61,392 nucleotides of DNA from Octopus bimaculoides (GCF_001194135.2 NC_068990.1:78169896-78231287), one strand, 5' to 3'; positions 25,594 to 39,627 are shown, counted from the stretch's first letter. A program made the numbers and translations. Notes: generated by a model from the sequence alone, not told the origin.

Positions 25594-27000
25594 TATTTTA
25601 CACTGGTGCTTTGACTTTTATGCTACTCTCTCCTTCGACAAAAAGAAATAAAAAATTTTACTCCTAAAAAGTAGGAAACTTCAATTTATGTGTCATTGCA
25701 GTGGTGTCTAGACGACTCGTTTGAATAATTTCTTTTTTCTTTTTTAAAAAAAAAAGCATGTAAATTTTTGTTACAGCTCTTTGTAGTTTCAAGCTTAACA
25801 ACATCAAACACTAACGGAAAAACAGAAAAAAAAAAGAAAAGAAAAAAGGGTTTTATTGAAATGAACTGAATGCATNNNNNNNNNNNNNNNNNNNNNNNNN
25901 NNNNNNNNNNNNNNNNNNNNNNNNNNNNNNNNNNNNNNNNNNNNNNNNNNNNNNNNNNNNNNNNNNNNNNNNNNNNNNNNNNNNNNNNNNNNNNNNNNNN
26001 NNNNNNNNNNNNNNNNNNNNNNNNNNNNNNNNNNNNNNNNNNNNNNNNNNNNNNNNNNNNNNNNNNNNNNNNNNNNNNNNNNNNNNNNNNNNNNNNNNNN
26101 NNNNNNNNNNNNNNNNNNNNNNNNNNNNNNNNNNNNNNNNNNNNNNNNNNNNNNNNNNNNNNNNNNNNNNNNNNNNNNNNNNNNNNNNNNNNNNNNNNNN
26201 NNNNNNNNNNNNNNNNNNNNNNNNNNNNNNNNNNNNNNNNNNNNNNNNNNNNNNNNNNNNNNNNNNNNNNNNNNNNNNNNNNNNNNNNNNNNNNNNNNNN
26301 NNNNNNNNNNNNNNNNNNNNNNNNNNNNNNNNNNNNNNNNNNNNNNNNNNNNNNNNNNNNNNNNNNNNNNNNNNNNNNNNNNNNNNNNNNNNNNNNNNNN
26401 NNNNNNNNNNNNNNNNNNNNNNNNNNNNNNNNNNNNNNNNNNNNNNNNNNNNNNNNNNNNNNNNNNNNNNNNNNNNNNNNNNNNNNNNNNNNNNNNNNNN
26501 NNNNNNNNNNNNNNNNNNNTTTTTACCAAGAAATAAATAGAGCAATTACAGAATTTCTGGCTTATGGGAATAACTCTTTTGGATTCTAATTTGTATGAAA
26601 TAATGTTCTACATCATAAATCTCACTTGGAAACGGTCCTAATAGTGACTTTTGATTCACGACTGGATAAAATATTTAGGCCCCAATCCACTGAATTAATT
26701 TTTTCAAGAAACTCATGAATCTACTTCTCTCAAAATATCTTTGTTGAAGCCAATCATGAACAGACGGGACTTATTTCACAAAGCTATCTGTTGTAAAATA
26801 TTAACACCAAACTATTAATTTTACGAATCATTCTCCTCTCAATTACTAGTTTCTGAACTTTTAATGAAAAGCAAATTCTATTTAAAAAAAAGTAAGCTGT
26901 TTAATAATTGTAGGAGAGAACTTCAACGTATTCCTCCATGTGCAGCAAAGTTCTTGTAAAGTATTAAATAGTTGAAACAATTTTACGTTAAATCAGTGTA
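25594..27000 (+). repeat. Local duplication, copy 1 (partner 31035-32345)
   Basis: Collinear matches on both sides of the N-gap, e.g. ctcctaaaaagtaggaaacttcaatttatgtgtcattgcagtgg and aagaaataaatagagcaattacagaatttctggc. Confidence 0.9.
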
Positions 27001-27532
27001 ATGTTAACCAACGTCATGATGAGATAAAATAATGCTTTTATTTTAATCTAATGCTCTTTCTAGTGCATATATTCATTTTGTCTTCATCTATCCAGCTTTT
27101 ACATATCTCCTTGAAGTTTGTTTCAGACAATATTAATTTAGGGGCATTCTATAATTGTTTCACGTGCTTTTATACATATGTGTTGCTGTGTGCACACACA
27201 CGCATTTCCATACGTATACATATTGTTTTCATGTCCAGTGGGTCTGAGAAATTTTTGCGACAGATTTTCTGGGGCCAGATGCCCTTCTTGTTTCCCAGTA
27301 GGGATACTATTTCTTTGATGGTGACACTCTTTTACAACTATCACACAATGTCAAAGAGAAGGGAGCACAAACATAGACTTGTTTCAGTTTACAAATCTAC
27401 CAAATCCACTCTCAAGGTATCGGTTTGCCCAAGGCACCATGCATTGAGATAGAACCTGAAGCCATGTGGCTGGGAAAGGAACTTCTTCACCACACATACA
27501 CATACACACAAACATATGCACACACATGTATG

Positions 27533-28659
27533 CAGGCTGTTTGGGCTACATTTGAAGATTTTTTAATATCTCCTTTTTCAAGGACTTGCTTGATGTATTT
27601 GGTGAACAGTCAGTGGTGTTGGAGAGCATAAAGATTAAACTTGTAGTCGCAGAAACGTTAGCTTATATGGAAAACTGCAACCAGAATATTGGGAAAGAGT
27701 TACCTTTATCATGAGGATTCATGCCAGGTATCAAAATGCTGACATTGTGACTGCTGCTGCTCACTGCTCTGTAAAGGCTGTGGGATATGGACAGCTGCAA
27801 CAGAGCAGGAAGGGATGTGGCATATGTTTTGCTTGACAAGCTGGTTGGAAGATCTGAGTAATGGAATCTTGGCTTTAGCAAGAGAGAGATTAGTGTTGGA
27901 GTGGCCGCCACGAAGCTAGCCCTGAATGAGGACCTTCGCTACCACCTGTACAAAAGGCTGCTTGATGAAAGGAGCTCCTAAACAATGTTAGGCATCCTGT
28001 TAATCCACATATCTGGTTCTTTTCAAACGAAAAGAACTTCTGCCAGCACCAGTTACACAACACTCAGAACAAGACATGGTTTGTCCACAAACCACATGAT
28101 GTCCCATATATCATGAAAAACAGGTTTTCCTAAACTGTGATGGTATTTGAATATGGCTTTAGGCTCAATTCAGATGGTTATATGAAACTACTGGATACTG
28201 TGGTCAATCCATAGTTGGAGAAAATTGCTGTTGGAAGGCCTTATGTATGACTGCAAGATTCCGTTCCTTATCATTACCAGAAAGAGTCAGAAATAGTTGT
28301 TGGAGAATTTCTACAAGTTCACCAGCCCCAATTTCTGGCTTCCTAATTCCCCCAATTGTAATCTCATGGATTACTATGTGTGGGTTGCAGTCGAGAAAGA
28401 CCCCCAACCACTCTGGCTGCAACACCAAAGCCCAGCTGGTGGCCAAGATCAAAGTGTTCAAAGATCGTCTCTGGGACACTGTGAGGAATACATGCGCCAG
28501 GTTCTGTGGAGCCGTCTTAGACTGTGGTGAAAGTTGAAGGTGACTACTTTTAGAAAACCGTTTTTACCCATCCATAATAGATTTGCTATTTAAAAAACAT
28601 TTTGGTTGGGATTTTACATTTTCTTTTCCTTTCATATAAACTGTCAAGTGAACATCCTG
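27533..28659 (+). mobile_element. Tc1/mariner superfamily element (maT/DD37D-like), decayed
   Basis: IWFFSNEKNF near 28010 and FWLPNSPNCNLMDYYVW (degenerate WPPSSPDLNPLDY). Ends are approximate. Confidence 0.75.
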
Positions 28660-30020
28660 TGTATACATAGGAACATCATTGTTTTAGTATCCACTTTTGT
28701 GTGTTTGCATGGGTCAGATGGAATTCATTGAGGCAGATTTTTTATGACTGAATGCCATTCCTGTTGCAAACCAACACCTGACACCAAGGAAGGGATTATT
28801 ATCCCTATAACCCCAGACATGCATTACAGAAGATTGCAAATAAATGACTGCCTGTACGACTGTAACACATATTTACAACTATCTTGTGATAAAAAAGAAT
28901 TGAGCTTTATATCTTCCAAACAAAGATCATTTTCCATTGTTTTCACAATGTTCCTATATGTGTATGACGTGTTGTTTTGAAGTTTTGGGCTCTGAATTTT
29001 CTCTTTCTTTTTATTATGACTGTTGCTTCTTTTTATATTAAATTGTTTGGATGATTCTGTAATATATAAATTTTCACTTTCTGAGAAATTTACTATCTTG
29101 ACATTTGAAGTTAAACAAAAGCCAAAATAGAAATAACATCCAATTAAAAGAAATTGGATGGAAGAAAATTTAATAATACATTACAAGATATAATTCTTCA
29201 ATGGCAAAAACCTTTCCAAAGTAGCTGATGAATGTTATTTCATTCATATATACCTTATGGTTACCACTGCTTTTATTGTTTCCAAATGTAAGTTGTGTTA
29301 TTATTAATAATATTTTACTGCTTTTATTTACAACCAATAAATTCTGTAATATTTACAAGACACAAATTTCTCATGGAGAACTGTATAATCTACTTAAATT
29401 TGTTTAATCATTTTATTATTATAATCATTAGCTGGCAGAATCGTTAGCACGTTGGGTGAAATGCTTAGCAGAATTTTGTCCGTCTTTACATTCTGAGTTC
29501 AAATACTGCTGAGTCAATCCTTTCAGAGTCAATAAAATTTGTACCAGTTGAGCACTGGGATGGATGTAATTGACTTTGCCACTTCTCTAAAATTGCTGAC
29601 CTTGTGTTAAAATGTGAGACCATTATTATTAGTCGTACAGTAATCTCTTGACAGTACTCTACTGTATGTTTATTTTTATTTTTATAATTTGTATATAATA
29701 GAGAATAAAACTTTTTTAAAAAAAAGAACGATTAAAGTGAAACTTTATAATTATTATTACTTTATTATTTCATGTCATTATCTATCTACGTAAACACAAT
29801 TTCATCTTCAATGGCGTATATTTAGAAAAAAAAAAAAAACTTAAGATCCTTTCGCTCAATCCAACTCTTCCTCTCTTTCACACTCATTTATTATTGTCAT
29901 TTATTCATTTATTTATCTAATTTTGTCACAGTTTGGCTGACCGAAAACTGTTGGTCATAGTTCTAGTTAAGAATTCAAATGCCCAATTCTATCTCATTAT
30001 TATCATTAATATTCTCTCAC

Positions 30021-30091
30021 ACCGGAAGCCTGAGATTTTGCTGTTTCGTCGTGCTCGCGCCCTTCCCACTCCCATCGCCTGTACCGGAAGT
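30021..30091 (+). promoter_or_regulatory. Tandem ETS-type motifs, candidate promoter
   Basis: ACCGGAAG at 30021 and ACCGGAAGT at 30083 with a CpG cluster between them; downstream splice-like signals (donor 30155/6, acceptor 30221/2, donor 30285/6). Confidence 0.4.
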
Positions 30092-30323
30092 TTCTATCCT
30101 CTGGCCTCTATCAGATGTCTCTCCCATGAACACCTACAAAGGCTGGATCTTTTTGGTAAATGTTGCCCGTCAAACCAAAAAGATCCAAACATCATTATGA
30201 CCCATTGATTTGTTGTTTCAGATATTCCTACGTCCACACTGTATTTTTAGACAAGCATTGTGAATCTTAAAGAGCAGTCTGACAGGTACCATATGTACTT
30301 TCCTATTGCCGTACACCTGTAGA

Positions 30324-30703
30324 GTGGTGTCGCAATGGCCCAGTGGTTAGGGCAGCGGACTCGCGGTTTCGATTCCCAGACCAGCCGTTGTGAGTGTTTA
30401 TTGAGCGAAAACACCTAAAAAAGCTCCACGAGGCTCCGGCAGGGGGTGGTGGCGAACCCTGCTGTACTCTTTCACCACAACTTTCTCTCACTCTTACTTC
30501 CTGTTTCTGTTGTGCCTGTATTTCAAAGGGGCCAGCCTTGTCACACTGTGTCACGCTGAATATCCCCGAGAACTACGTTAAGGGTACACGTGTCTGTGGA
30601 GTGCTCAGCCACTTGCACGTTAATTTCACGAGCAGGCTGTTTCGTTGATCGGATCACCTGGAACCCTCGTCGTCGTAAGCGACGGAGTGCCAATATAACA
30701 ACA
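30324..30703 (+). mobile_element. SINE family C, full-length with 11-bp TSD
   Basis: Head gcaatggcccagtggttagggcagc; TSD ACACCTGTAGA at 30313-30323 and 30704-30714. Confidence 0.9.
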
Positions 30704-31034
30704 ACACCTGTAGAATTTGGTGGTAACTACAACAGAGACGAGCAGGGTGATACAGCAGTTAAACTGCATTTATTGCAGATCATTTGTAAATAACTCTCAT
30801 CGGTATATTTAGAGTGACAATTACGCTTTGTAAGGCTTCTCGGATGGAACAAACTTTAATCGCCATCGCCCATTAAGTAACGATTTCTCACAGTAGTTAA
30901 GCGGTCGCAAATTAGGTATTGAGTAATGTTGATTTCTTCGGGCATAATATACATATCGGCATTTATTTTATCGACCCCAGAGAGATAAAGGGTAAGGCTG
31001 ACATAGAACCTAAGGAAACTACACCACTGTAAGA

Positions 31035-32345
31035 CATATTTACACTAGTACTCTAATTCTTATGCTACTCTCTTCTTTAAAAAAACAAAAAAAAATTCAC
31101 TCCTAAAAAGTAGGAAACTTCAATTTATGTGTCATTGCAGTGGTGTCTAGACGACTCGTTTGAATAGTTTCTTTTTTCTTTTTTAAAAAAAAAAGCATGT
31201 AAATTTTTGTTACAGCTCTTTGTAGTTTCAAGCTTAACAACATCAAACACTAACGGAAAAACAGAAGAAAACGAAAAAGAAAAAAAGGGTTTTATTGAAA
31301 TGAACTGAATGCATCTGGTTTTAACTTATCAAACCCCGTAGGTAGGCGAAACTTTGCTTTGTGATGAATCTCACGTGACTCAACGTCTTTGACTGTCTGG
31401 AGCAGGACATTGTAACNNNNNNNNNNNNNNNNNNNNNNNNNNNNNNNNNNNNNNNNNNNNNNNNNNNNNNNNNNNNNNNNNNNNNNNNNNNNNNNNNNNN
31501 NNNNNNNNNNNNNNNNNNNNNNNNNNNNNNNNNNNNNNNNNNNNNNNNNNNNNNNNNNNNNNNNNNNNNNNNNNNNNNNNNNNNNNNNNNNNNNNNNNNN
31601 NNNNNNNNNNNNNNNNNNNNNNNNNNNNNNNNNNNNNNNNNNNNNNNNNNNNNNNNNNNNNNNNNNNNNNNNNNNNNNNNNNNNNNNNNNNNNNNNNNNN
31701 NNNNNNNNNNNNNNNNNNNNNNNNNNNNNNNNNNNNNNNNNNNNNNNNNNNNNNNNNNNNNNNNNNNNNNNNNNNNTCTTCCGGTCATATTGGGAAATAT
31801 TGATCACAGAATTTCAACTTTTTATCAAGAAATAAATAGAGCAATTACAGAATTTCTGGCTTATGAGAATAATTCTTTTGGATTCTAATTTGTATGAAAT
31901 AATGTTCTACATCATAAATCTCACTTGGAAACGGTCCTAATGGTGACTTTTGATTCACGACTGGATAAAATATTTAGGCCCCAAGCCATTGAATTAATTT
32001 TTTCAAGAAACTCATGAATCAACTTCTTTCAAAATATCTTTGTTCAAGCCAATCATGAACAGACGGGACTTATTTCACAAAGCTATCTGTTGTAAAATAT
32101 TAACACCAAACTATTAATTTTACCAATCATTCTCCTACAATCACCTGTCATAAACCTGTCTCATATGGGATTACTTAATTGCCAAAGCTGAAATTTTTAT
32201 CAATTTCAGAACTTTAATCAAAAGCGAATTTTGTTTTAAAAAAAAGTAAGCTGTTTAATAATTGTAGTCGAGAACTTCAACGTATTCCTCCATGTGCTGC
32301 GAAATTCTTGTAAGTATAAAATATTTCAAACATTTTAACGTTAAA
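31035..32345 (+). repeat. Local duplication, copy 2 (partner 25594-27000)
   Basis: As for copy 1; this copy carries extra sequence near 32140-32205. Confidence 0.9.
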
Positions 32346-33959
32346 GTTTCTCATTAATTATGGTTAATGTCAACCGTGATCCCACTGACCCCAATATTTC
32401 AAAGATATAACTTTGACTGTGGAAAGTGAAATGTAGCGACTCCTGAGTCTATATTTCTGCTTTCTCTTTACCAACCAACAAGATACCTTCACTATGTTTG
32501 CTGGTCGGCGAAGGTGTGTTAGATTTTTTCCGCATTCTTTCATTTTATGATTGGAGACTGAAAACAGAAAATGATCGTAAGCAAACAACACTAAAATTTT
32601 GAAATGGAAATATGAACTCTTCCAGTAAAACTTTTTCAGAATTGTTATTGCAGTATCTTAAAGCTTAGAATCGAAATAAATGTTTAAAGTAAAAAAGAAG
32701 AAAAAGGTGGAGAGGGAGACAGTTTTTCGGTAAAAGCCTATGGCGTCATGAGTATGTGTGTGACAACGTCTTTCATCTGCCCAACACAGCTGAACACATT
32801 CGATCGTGACTGACGTTATGTATCAATACCGAAGCATTGCCCTCACAAAATGTTTTGAGGTGGTCGATCAAAATATATTTCGTTGTTGCAAACAGGAATC
32901 CGAAGAAATATTGAAAGTAGCGGGGTGCCTCGTTTGACACATCCTCCGGGACATACTAGAATAATCAATATTTCTAGTTTCAATTTGTGATCATAAAGTG
33001 AAGGAATGTCTTTATCTATATATATATCATCATCATCGTTTAACGTCCGCTTTCCATGCTAGCATGGGTTGGACGATTTGACTGAGGACAGGTGAACCAG
33101 ATGGCTACACCAGGCTCCAATCTGATTTGGCAGAGTTTCTACAGCTGGATGCCCTTCCTAACGCCAACCACTCCGAGAGTGTAGTGGGTGCTTTTANNNN
33201 NNNNNNGGCAGAGTTTCTACAGCTGGATGCCCTTCCTAACGCCAACCACTCCGAGAGTGTAGTGGGTGCTTTTACGTGCCACCGGCATGAAGGCCAGTCA
33301 GGCGGTACTGGCAACGGCCACGCTCGAAATGGTGTATTTTACGTGCCACCTGCACAGAAGCCAGTCCAGCGGCACTGGCAACGATCTCGTTAAGTTTTCT
33401 TTTTCATCTCGTACTAGTGGGGCTTCTGAGTGGATTTGGTAGACGGAAACTCAAAGAAGCCCGTCGTATATATGTATATTTATATATGTGTTTGTCTCCC
33501 CAACATCGCTTGACAACCGATGCTGGTGTGTTTACGTCTCCATAACTTAGCGGTTCGGCAAAAAAGACCGATAGAATAATACTACCCTTACAAAGAATAA
33601 GTCCTAGGATCGATTTGCTCGACTAAAGGCGGTGCTCCAGCAGGGCCACAGTCAAATGACTGAATCAAGTAAAAGAGTAAGATTCTATTGTTTTCCCTCG
33701 TGGCATTAGGAAGGGCATCCAGCTGTAGAAACTTTGCCAGATCAGATTGAAGCCTGGTGCAGCTTTCTGGCTTGCCAGCCCTCAGTGAAACCGTCCAACC
33801 CATGCCAGCATGGAAAGCGGACGTTAAATGATGATGATGAACTTTCCAGAAAATGGATAGCTTTTGATGAAATTTTATATAAATACCTTCCAAACGGTTT
33901 TTAGCATATCTCATGACCGTCTGATACCGTCCTTATCTATTTAATATTTTCTGTTAATT

Positions 33960-34119
33960 TTTATGTTCCGAGTTCAAATTCTACTGAGATCAACTTTGTC
34001 TTTCATCCTTTTGGGGTCGATAAATTAAGTACTAGTTGTGTACTGGGGTCGATCTAATCAACTGCACCCCTCCCTAAAAATTTTGGGATTTGTGCCTGGA
34101 GTAGAAAAGAATATTTTTG
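33960..34119 (+). mobile_element. 5'-truncated SINE family B with 7-bp TSD
   Basis: GTTAATT at 33953-33959 and 34120-34126; the insert is absent at the paralogous site near 49895. Confidence 0.8.
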
Positions 34120-34129
34120 GTTAATTACT

Positions 34130-34497
34130 ACAAGTTCTCTCAGTCACCAATAAGCAAGTTAACAAGTCTAATGGGTGTTGGAAGATCTGTATAGAATGTT
34201 TTAAAGTATATAAGCATAGTTGAGGGTAAGAAGAATGTTTTCCAGTATAAAAAATGCGCCAGTGTACCTTTAAGGAGTTATTGGTGAACGACATCAAGAA
34301 CCAGTATACATTCTAGGAACATGGGTGTAGTCTTACAGCCGTCAAAAGAAACTTATGAAGTTGGGGTGGTGAGATGGCCTGTATGAAAAGTAACTGAGCG
34401 ACATATTGTTCAAGTAGCTAGGTCTCTCATTCCGGGTCGAACAATAGACTTTCTCGGGTTTCTCCATAAATGCTCAGTATTTTGTGTGTGAATAGAA
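34130..34497 (-). mobile_element. Merlin transposase C-terminal fragment (second family)
   Basis: Minus strand reads HTQNTEHLWRNPRKSIVRPG then, frameshifted, LLEQYVAQLLFIQ...LHKFLLTAVRLHP, homologous to HTQNIERLWRDIKEWIRRPG at 24.8 kb. Near-identical copy at 49903-50270. Confidence 0.75.
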
Positions 34498-37400
34498 GAT
34501 ATCAAAGTTACGAGGGAAAAAAAATCGGATCTTGTAAATTTTCNNNNNNNNNNCCCCCACGGGTTTCTTTATAATTGTAATCTGTGTTATTTGAAGGATA
34601 ATTTATTTGAAATTTCATTAAAAACGCATTTTCCTAAAAGTCACTATTCATTTTACCCCATTTTAGAGACATCATTTTTTGAAAATTGAAAATTATATCA
34701 AAGACATTAGTGTGGGAAAAATTCGCTTGGAATCCAACAAATAAAAGAATATTGGTTGCTAAACACCAAAAATTATCCAGATATTTTATTAGGAACCCCA
34801 ATTACAATCGGGTCGAAGTTGAAAAATTTCTTGAAAAAATTATTTCTGTCACCTGACTCTTTCAAATTCTCTCAATTTCAACAATACCCATGCCGACCAG
34901 TTTTCACTCCCAGAGATGATGCAACATTACAAAATGATGAGGCAGTATTTGCAATGTAATGTTTTCAAACAGGTAGAAATAACGAGAAATTAGAAATTAC
35001 TCATTTTGCCCCGGTTACGAATTTTGCGCCCTTCCCCCTTATATTCTGCATTCCTGACAAAAATCATAAGATGTTCTTTAGCTTTCACTGCAGTTAGGCC
35101 ACATAGGGTGAAAGACATTTTATTTCTGAAAAAATGCAAGGATATTTGATTGACATAAAGAAAAAGAACTCGACATGTTTCTCTCATGTTGTTTTCCTTC
35201 TTTGCTCTTTCTTATTCTTCCGTATAGCTTTATTTCATTCAACTTCTTTTGCTATTTCTTTTCCCTTTTACTTTCATTCACCCAGAAATAATTTAGAAAA
35301 CATTGTTGTACTGAATACGCTAACCCTTTAGACTCAATATGTCCTACTCTGGCAAGTAACACTCATCTAGGCAGTCATCCGTTTCTCATGTAAATCTGCA
35401 CTGACAAACCCACTGCAACATATATCTACAGGCTGCTTAGGGATAGAAAAAGTGTCTTTCCGCTATGTGTATGGTCTATGAGTGTGTATAGTGCGTGTAT
35501 ATACACACACACACTTGTTCATTCTGTAGCTAGATAAATTTTTCCCCCTATTTTGACATATTTACACGTAATGTATCTGACTGTTATTGATGTGTGCATA
35601 AAATAGGTAAACAGCTATTGGCGTTTAAATTAGTGAGCTAGCTAGGACTATAAGCAACACAAAACGTACAGAGAGAGTGAGTGTAGACTGTAAAGAGCTG
35701 TCACCTAACTTACATATTGGATTTAGTCATATCTCATTACATGGAATTTTAAATATTTCATCCGATTTGGGGAAGGTAATATAAATGCAGTGTTTTACTG
35801 TTGGTAACATAAAGTGTTCATTTGTTCAGTAGACAATTTGTTACTACACTTTCTTTATATAATGTTAAATAAATTAAACAGCATTTACAATGAACAAATA
35901 CAAAGTTAGTAATGTATTCACTGGAAAGATTTATTGCATCTTTTTAAGGCCAAGATAGGTTTTTGTCATATATTTGTATTACACAAATATTGTCATCTCT
36001 TTTGTATGGAATGTTTTTGTCCTGAATTCTGCAAATTAAACTAGAAAAATGTGTAAGTTCCCTTAATACTTGTGGGATGGAGCGGGTGTTAATGATGTCA
36101 GTGTGTGTTAGGGGTGGCTCTTAACTGCTCGCCACTGTCGCCACGCAGTCTACCATCAACTGTTATATTCATCACACGCCGGTATTTAGCTGTTCGTGTT
36201 TATCCTTTGATAACGCTCACCTGGTTAGCTAGACTGGTATGTATACTTTTTAGTGTCGGGGTGTGCTGTGAAGCCCCCCCCCCTCCCGCAACACCTGTAT
36301 CAAACGTAGGTTGACTCTACCTAGTATTTCGGATAGATTATACGTCTACCTTGCTGGTGGGGACAATAGTTTACATTTCGACATGCAGTGGTTGATCGTC
36401 GTATGGAATACCGTGTGAAAGTCTGGGTATGTTGTATCTTTCTATTATCTATTTACATGTGTTATTGTTTCGCCCCATGTCAACCCTTATGGAGCAGACT
36501 TATGATGATAGGCATTCTAGACATTACTATCGCATATTTTTTCAGATTTTGCTTGCCTCGAACTACATCATATAAACTTGTCCATTTGTAAGACAACAGG
36601 GTGTTAATCGAGAGATGTGGCTGCTATTTCTAGCAAGTCAGAAGACCATGTAGAATTTCCTTCGTTGGCTCATATCTTGCTCTTTACCCTCAGGTCGTCC
36701 TTATTAACGTATCTTCTTAGAAATATCTATCACTTCCTTATCCAGTGTAACCATATTAAAAATAGCAAAGTGATTTGAGGGAAATTTGGCCGCATTTTCA
36801 TGCAGCTCACAGCGGAATGAAGTGAGACGGCCTACATATAGTTGTTTCACTGGTGGTACCCAGTACAATGTTTATGTAGGCAGAGTATTTCTATATAGGG
36901 TGGCAATAATGTGGGGTATGTGATAAGGATTCTAAGAAATTGTATTAGTGTCTGGACACTACTAATTTCTTGTGACCCCAACATTTAGCGATCTTGGAAT
37001 ATAACGGACTGTTTTTCCTTTCAGTTTTGCAAATGATATTCATAACTCGGTAGCAATGAGAATTTTAAAGAAATGAAGAAAATTTTGTTTATGTACAACA
37101 AAAGGATTTTTTAAAAAATAATTACTCAATTACAACTTCATGAAATAAATGAGAGAACATTTTTAATGAATAGTTTGTGGTCCGAGATAAACTAAAAACT
37201 AAAGTTTGACTAAACTGAGAGTTAAACTGTAAGGGGGAAAAAGAAAACATAGCCAAAGTTACTGGAGTCTCCAGGACAAATAAAAATTACTGCAAAAAAA
37301 AAAAGTACCCCCGCCACCAAAACGGTACGCTATACTCCAAGTTAGCTTCTATGTATATTTTTTTCTCACAATTCTGGAAATATAAAAAAAGGTATAGTTT

Positions 37401-38097
37401 TGTTTTTTTTATCGATAATTTCTAAATTGTATTAAACAGTGTATAACATTATCAGAGACGTTGGATTGAGACCCAGAACTGCCTTTTCAGTCGTGTAAAG
37501 TGGGACGACAGCTAGAGGCATGTTGTTTGGTCAATATTATTTCATTGAGATTATTGCAAGCAGTAGGAAAGACATCTAAAGATTGTGTGTAAGCCAACAA
37601 ATGGGACGTATGAACATATTTTAATAGCGTAACAAGTCAGACACTGCAAAACGTTAGTAATGCTGCCGGGTTATTTAGACTCCTATTCAGCACTGATTGA
37701 CCTAAATCACCATATGATAAAAAGGTGTTTCAGCCCTCATCATGTCTTTTTAGGGGTTTGTATGTAGGAATACATTAATTAATGTAGGAATACATTAATT
37801 TTTGTTCTTTCTAAGAGTTCAGGATGTAATGTTAAGGATATATGGCTGTTTTTTTTCTGGACTCTTATTGAATTTTTCAAGTATTTTGGGAGAATTCTTT
37901 TAATGGTTTCAGTTACTCGACTGTGGCCATGCTGGAGCACCGCCTTCATTTTTTTGTGTTGTCGCTTTATGATTGAAAGTGGGTCAGTGATCGAGTCTGT
38001 TGTTGCTGATATCCCCTGAGTTTATCCTTGAATGGCTGGTTGGTCCGGTATCATCGTTAGATCATCCAATGTTTGTTTAAAAGTTTCAGTAGAGGTC

Positions 38098-38136
<39 letters not shown>

Positions 38137-38899
38137 AATGCGAAAACTAATTTCTGTGTGTCAATGTGTCACACTTCGACCCCCTCTCTTACTGTTCATT
38201 GACACTTCTACTAGTGCTTATACTGGGGTAGGAGTAATAGTATGCATAGAGACGGTGAGAGTGGTGACAAAGAGAGAGAAAGAGAGATAGAAAGAAGGAG
38301 GGAGAGAAAGAGAGACAAAGAAATTTAGGGAGAGTTGATGTTTTTATTAAAAAAGTAGTGTTGATGCTGGCAGTGGGAGTAATAATAAGAGAAAGAGTGG
38401 CATGTGAGAGAAAGAGAACCTGAACCAATATACTGGACGATGGTAATGGGGTTACAGTAATGGTATGAGCTGTAGTTGTGATAGAGAAGGAGGCGGCAGT
38501 GGTGGTAGCGAGGCGGTCAGGGATGACGATTAGTAAATGATGTGAAAGACAGCGGTCAAATTTAATAAAATTTAATATGTACTCAATGCATGAAGTGTCG
38601 TTGTTGGGCCCAAGACCTAATGAAGAGCCCTCTGCACTAACTATATTAAATAACCTAGTGTATAGGATTCTGAGAATTATGATTCCATTACAGTTCACGC
38701 TGAAGAGAAACAGACATTCGGTAAGAGTGTTGATTTCGAAACTAGTCCGTGGGTAATAATGTTTTATTTCTGTAATTTTCACTGTCTTGCCCGCATACGA
38801 TTTGGTATTTCGCTGAATTTCGTTTTGAGAACAATTTAGGTCTTAGTAGACACATGTGGTCTATTTCTAGCACATTAAATGTCCACTTTAGTGGTCAAC

Positions 38900-38935
<36 letters not shown>

Positions 38936-39627
38936 TAAATGAGTATATGCATATATACGTACAGGTATGTGCATACCGACATCCACCTGTATGTATNNNN
39001 NNNNNNNNNNNNNNNNNNNNNNNNNNNNNNNNNNNNNNNNNNNNNNNNNNNNNNNNNNNNNNNNNNNNNNNNNNNNNNNNNNNNNNNNNNNNNNNNNNNN
39101 NNNNNNNNNNNNNNNNNNNNNNNNNNNNNNNNNNNNNNNNNNNNNNNNNNNNNNNNNNNNNNNNNNNNNNNNNNNNNNNNNNNNNNNNNNNNNNNNNNNN
39201 NNNNNNNNNNNNNNNNAAACAAGACAGGAAAACAAACAGAAGGCTTTACGGCCAGACGAGAAAAATTATGTGTGTATGAACGCGATGAGGCACGGAACCG
39301 AGAGAGACAAAGTGGTAGCGTGTGTTACTTAGCGAAAGCCAAGGAAGGAATATATATATATATATATATATAATTAAGATTCAGTTGAATTAGGTACTTA
39401 AATTGAGGTACCTTGCTAGGTCAGTATAATCCGTACATCCAAGCCATATTAATTGAATATCAAGACGCCATGCAGGGGTGTTTATACCTGATATTCCTGT
39501 CATGTGTGCAGACAATGCAACCCATCTAAGTGAAGATAACCGCTCTTGATAATTCAGACATGTACCTTTTATATAGGTACCTTCTGTAGTATTTTCAAAG
39601 TGCAGATTCCAAGTTAGGTGAACAGAT

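Larger units (their letters stand above)
33679..34640 (+). repeat. Composite repeat (RTE tail + foldback-MITE arm + Merlin fragment), also present at 49352-50460
   Basis: Same order of parts and same junctions as the 49-50 kb copy. Confidence 0.9.
340..39216. other. Assembly gaps (N runs)
   Basis: N runs at 340-602, 3561-3903, 4390-4586, 7009-7045, 10490-10955, 12325-12851, 13513-13783, 15108-15985, 22844-23273, 25876-26519, 31417-31776 and 38997-39216, plus two 10-nt runs near 33200 and 34550. Confidence 0.98.

Noticed and set aside
38189-38782. 197-aa minus-strand ORF
   Set aside because: Much of it is low-complexity (GA/GT-rich) sequence with no recognisable domain or splice structure; probably repeat-derived.
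80-39373. Many ORFs of 100-320 aa containing X runs
   Set aside because: Their length comes from assembly gaps translated as X.
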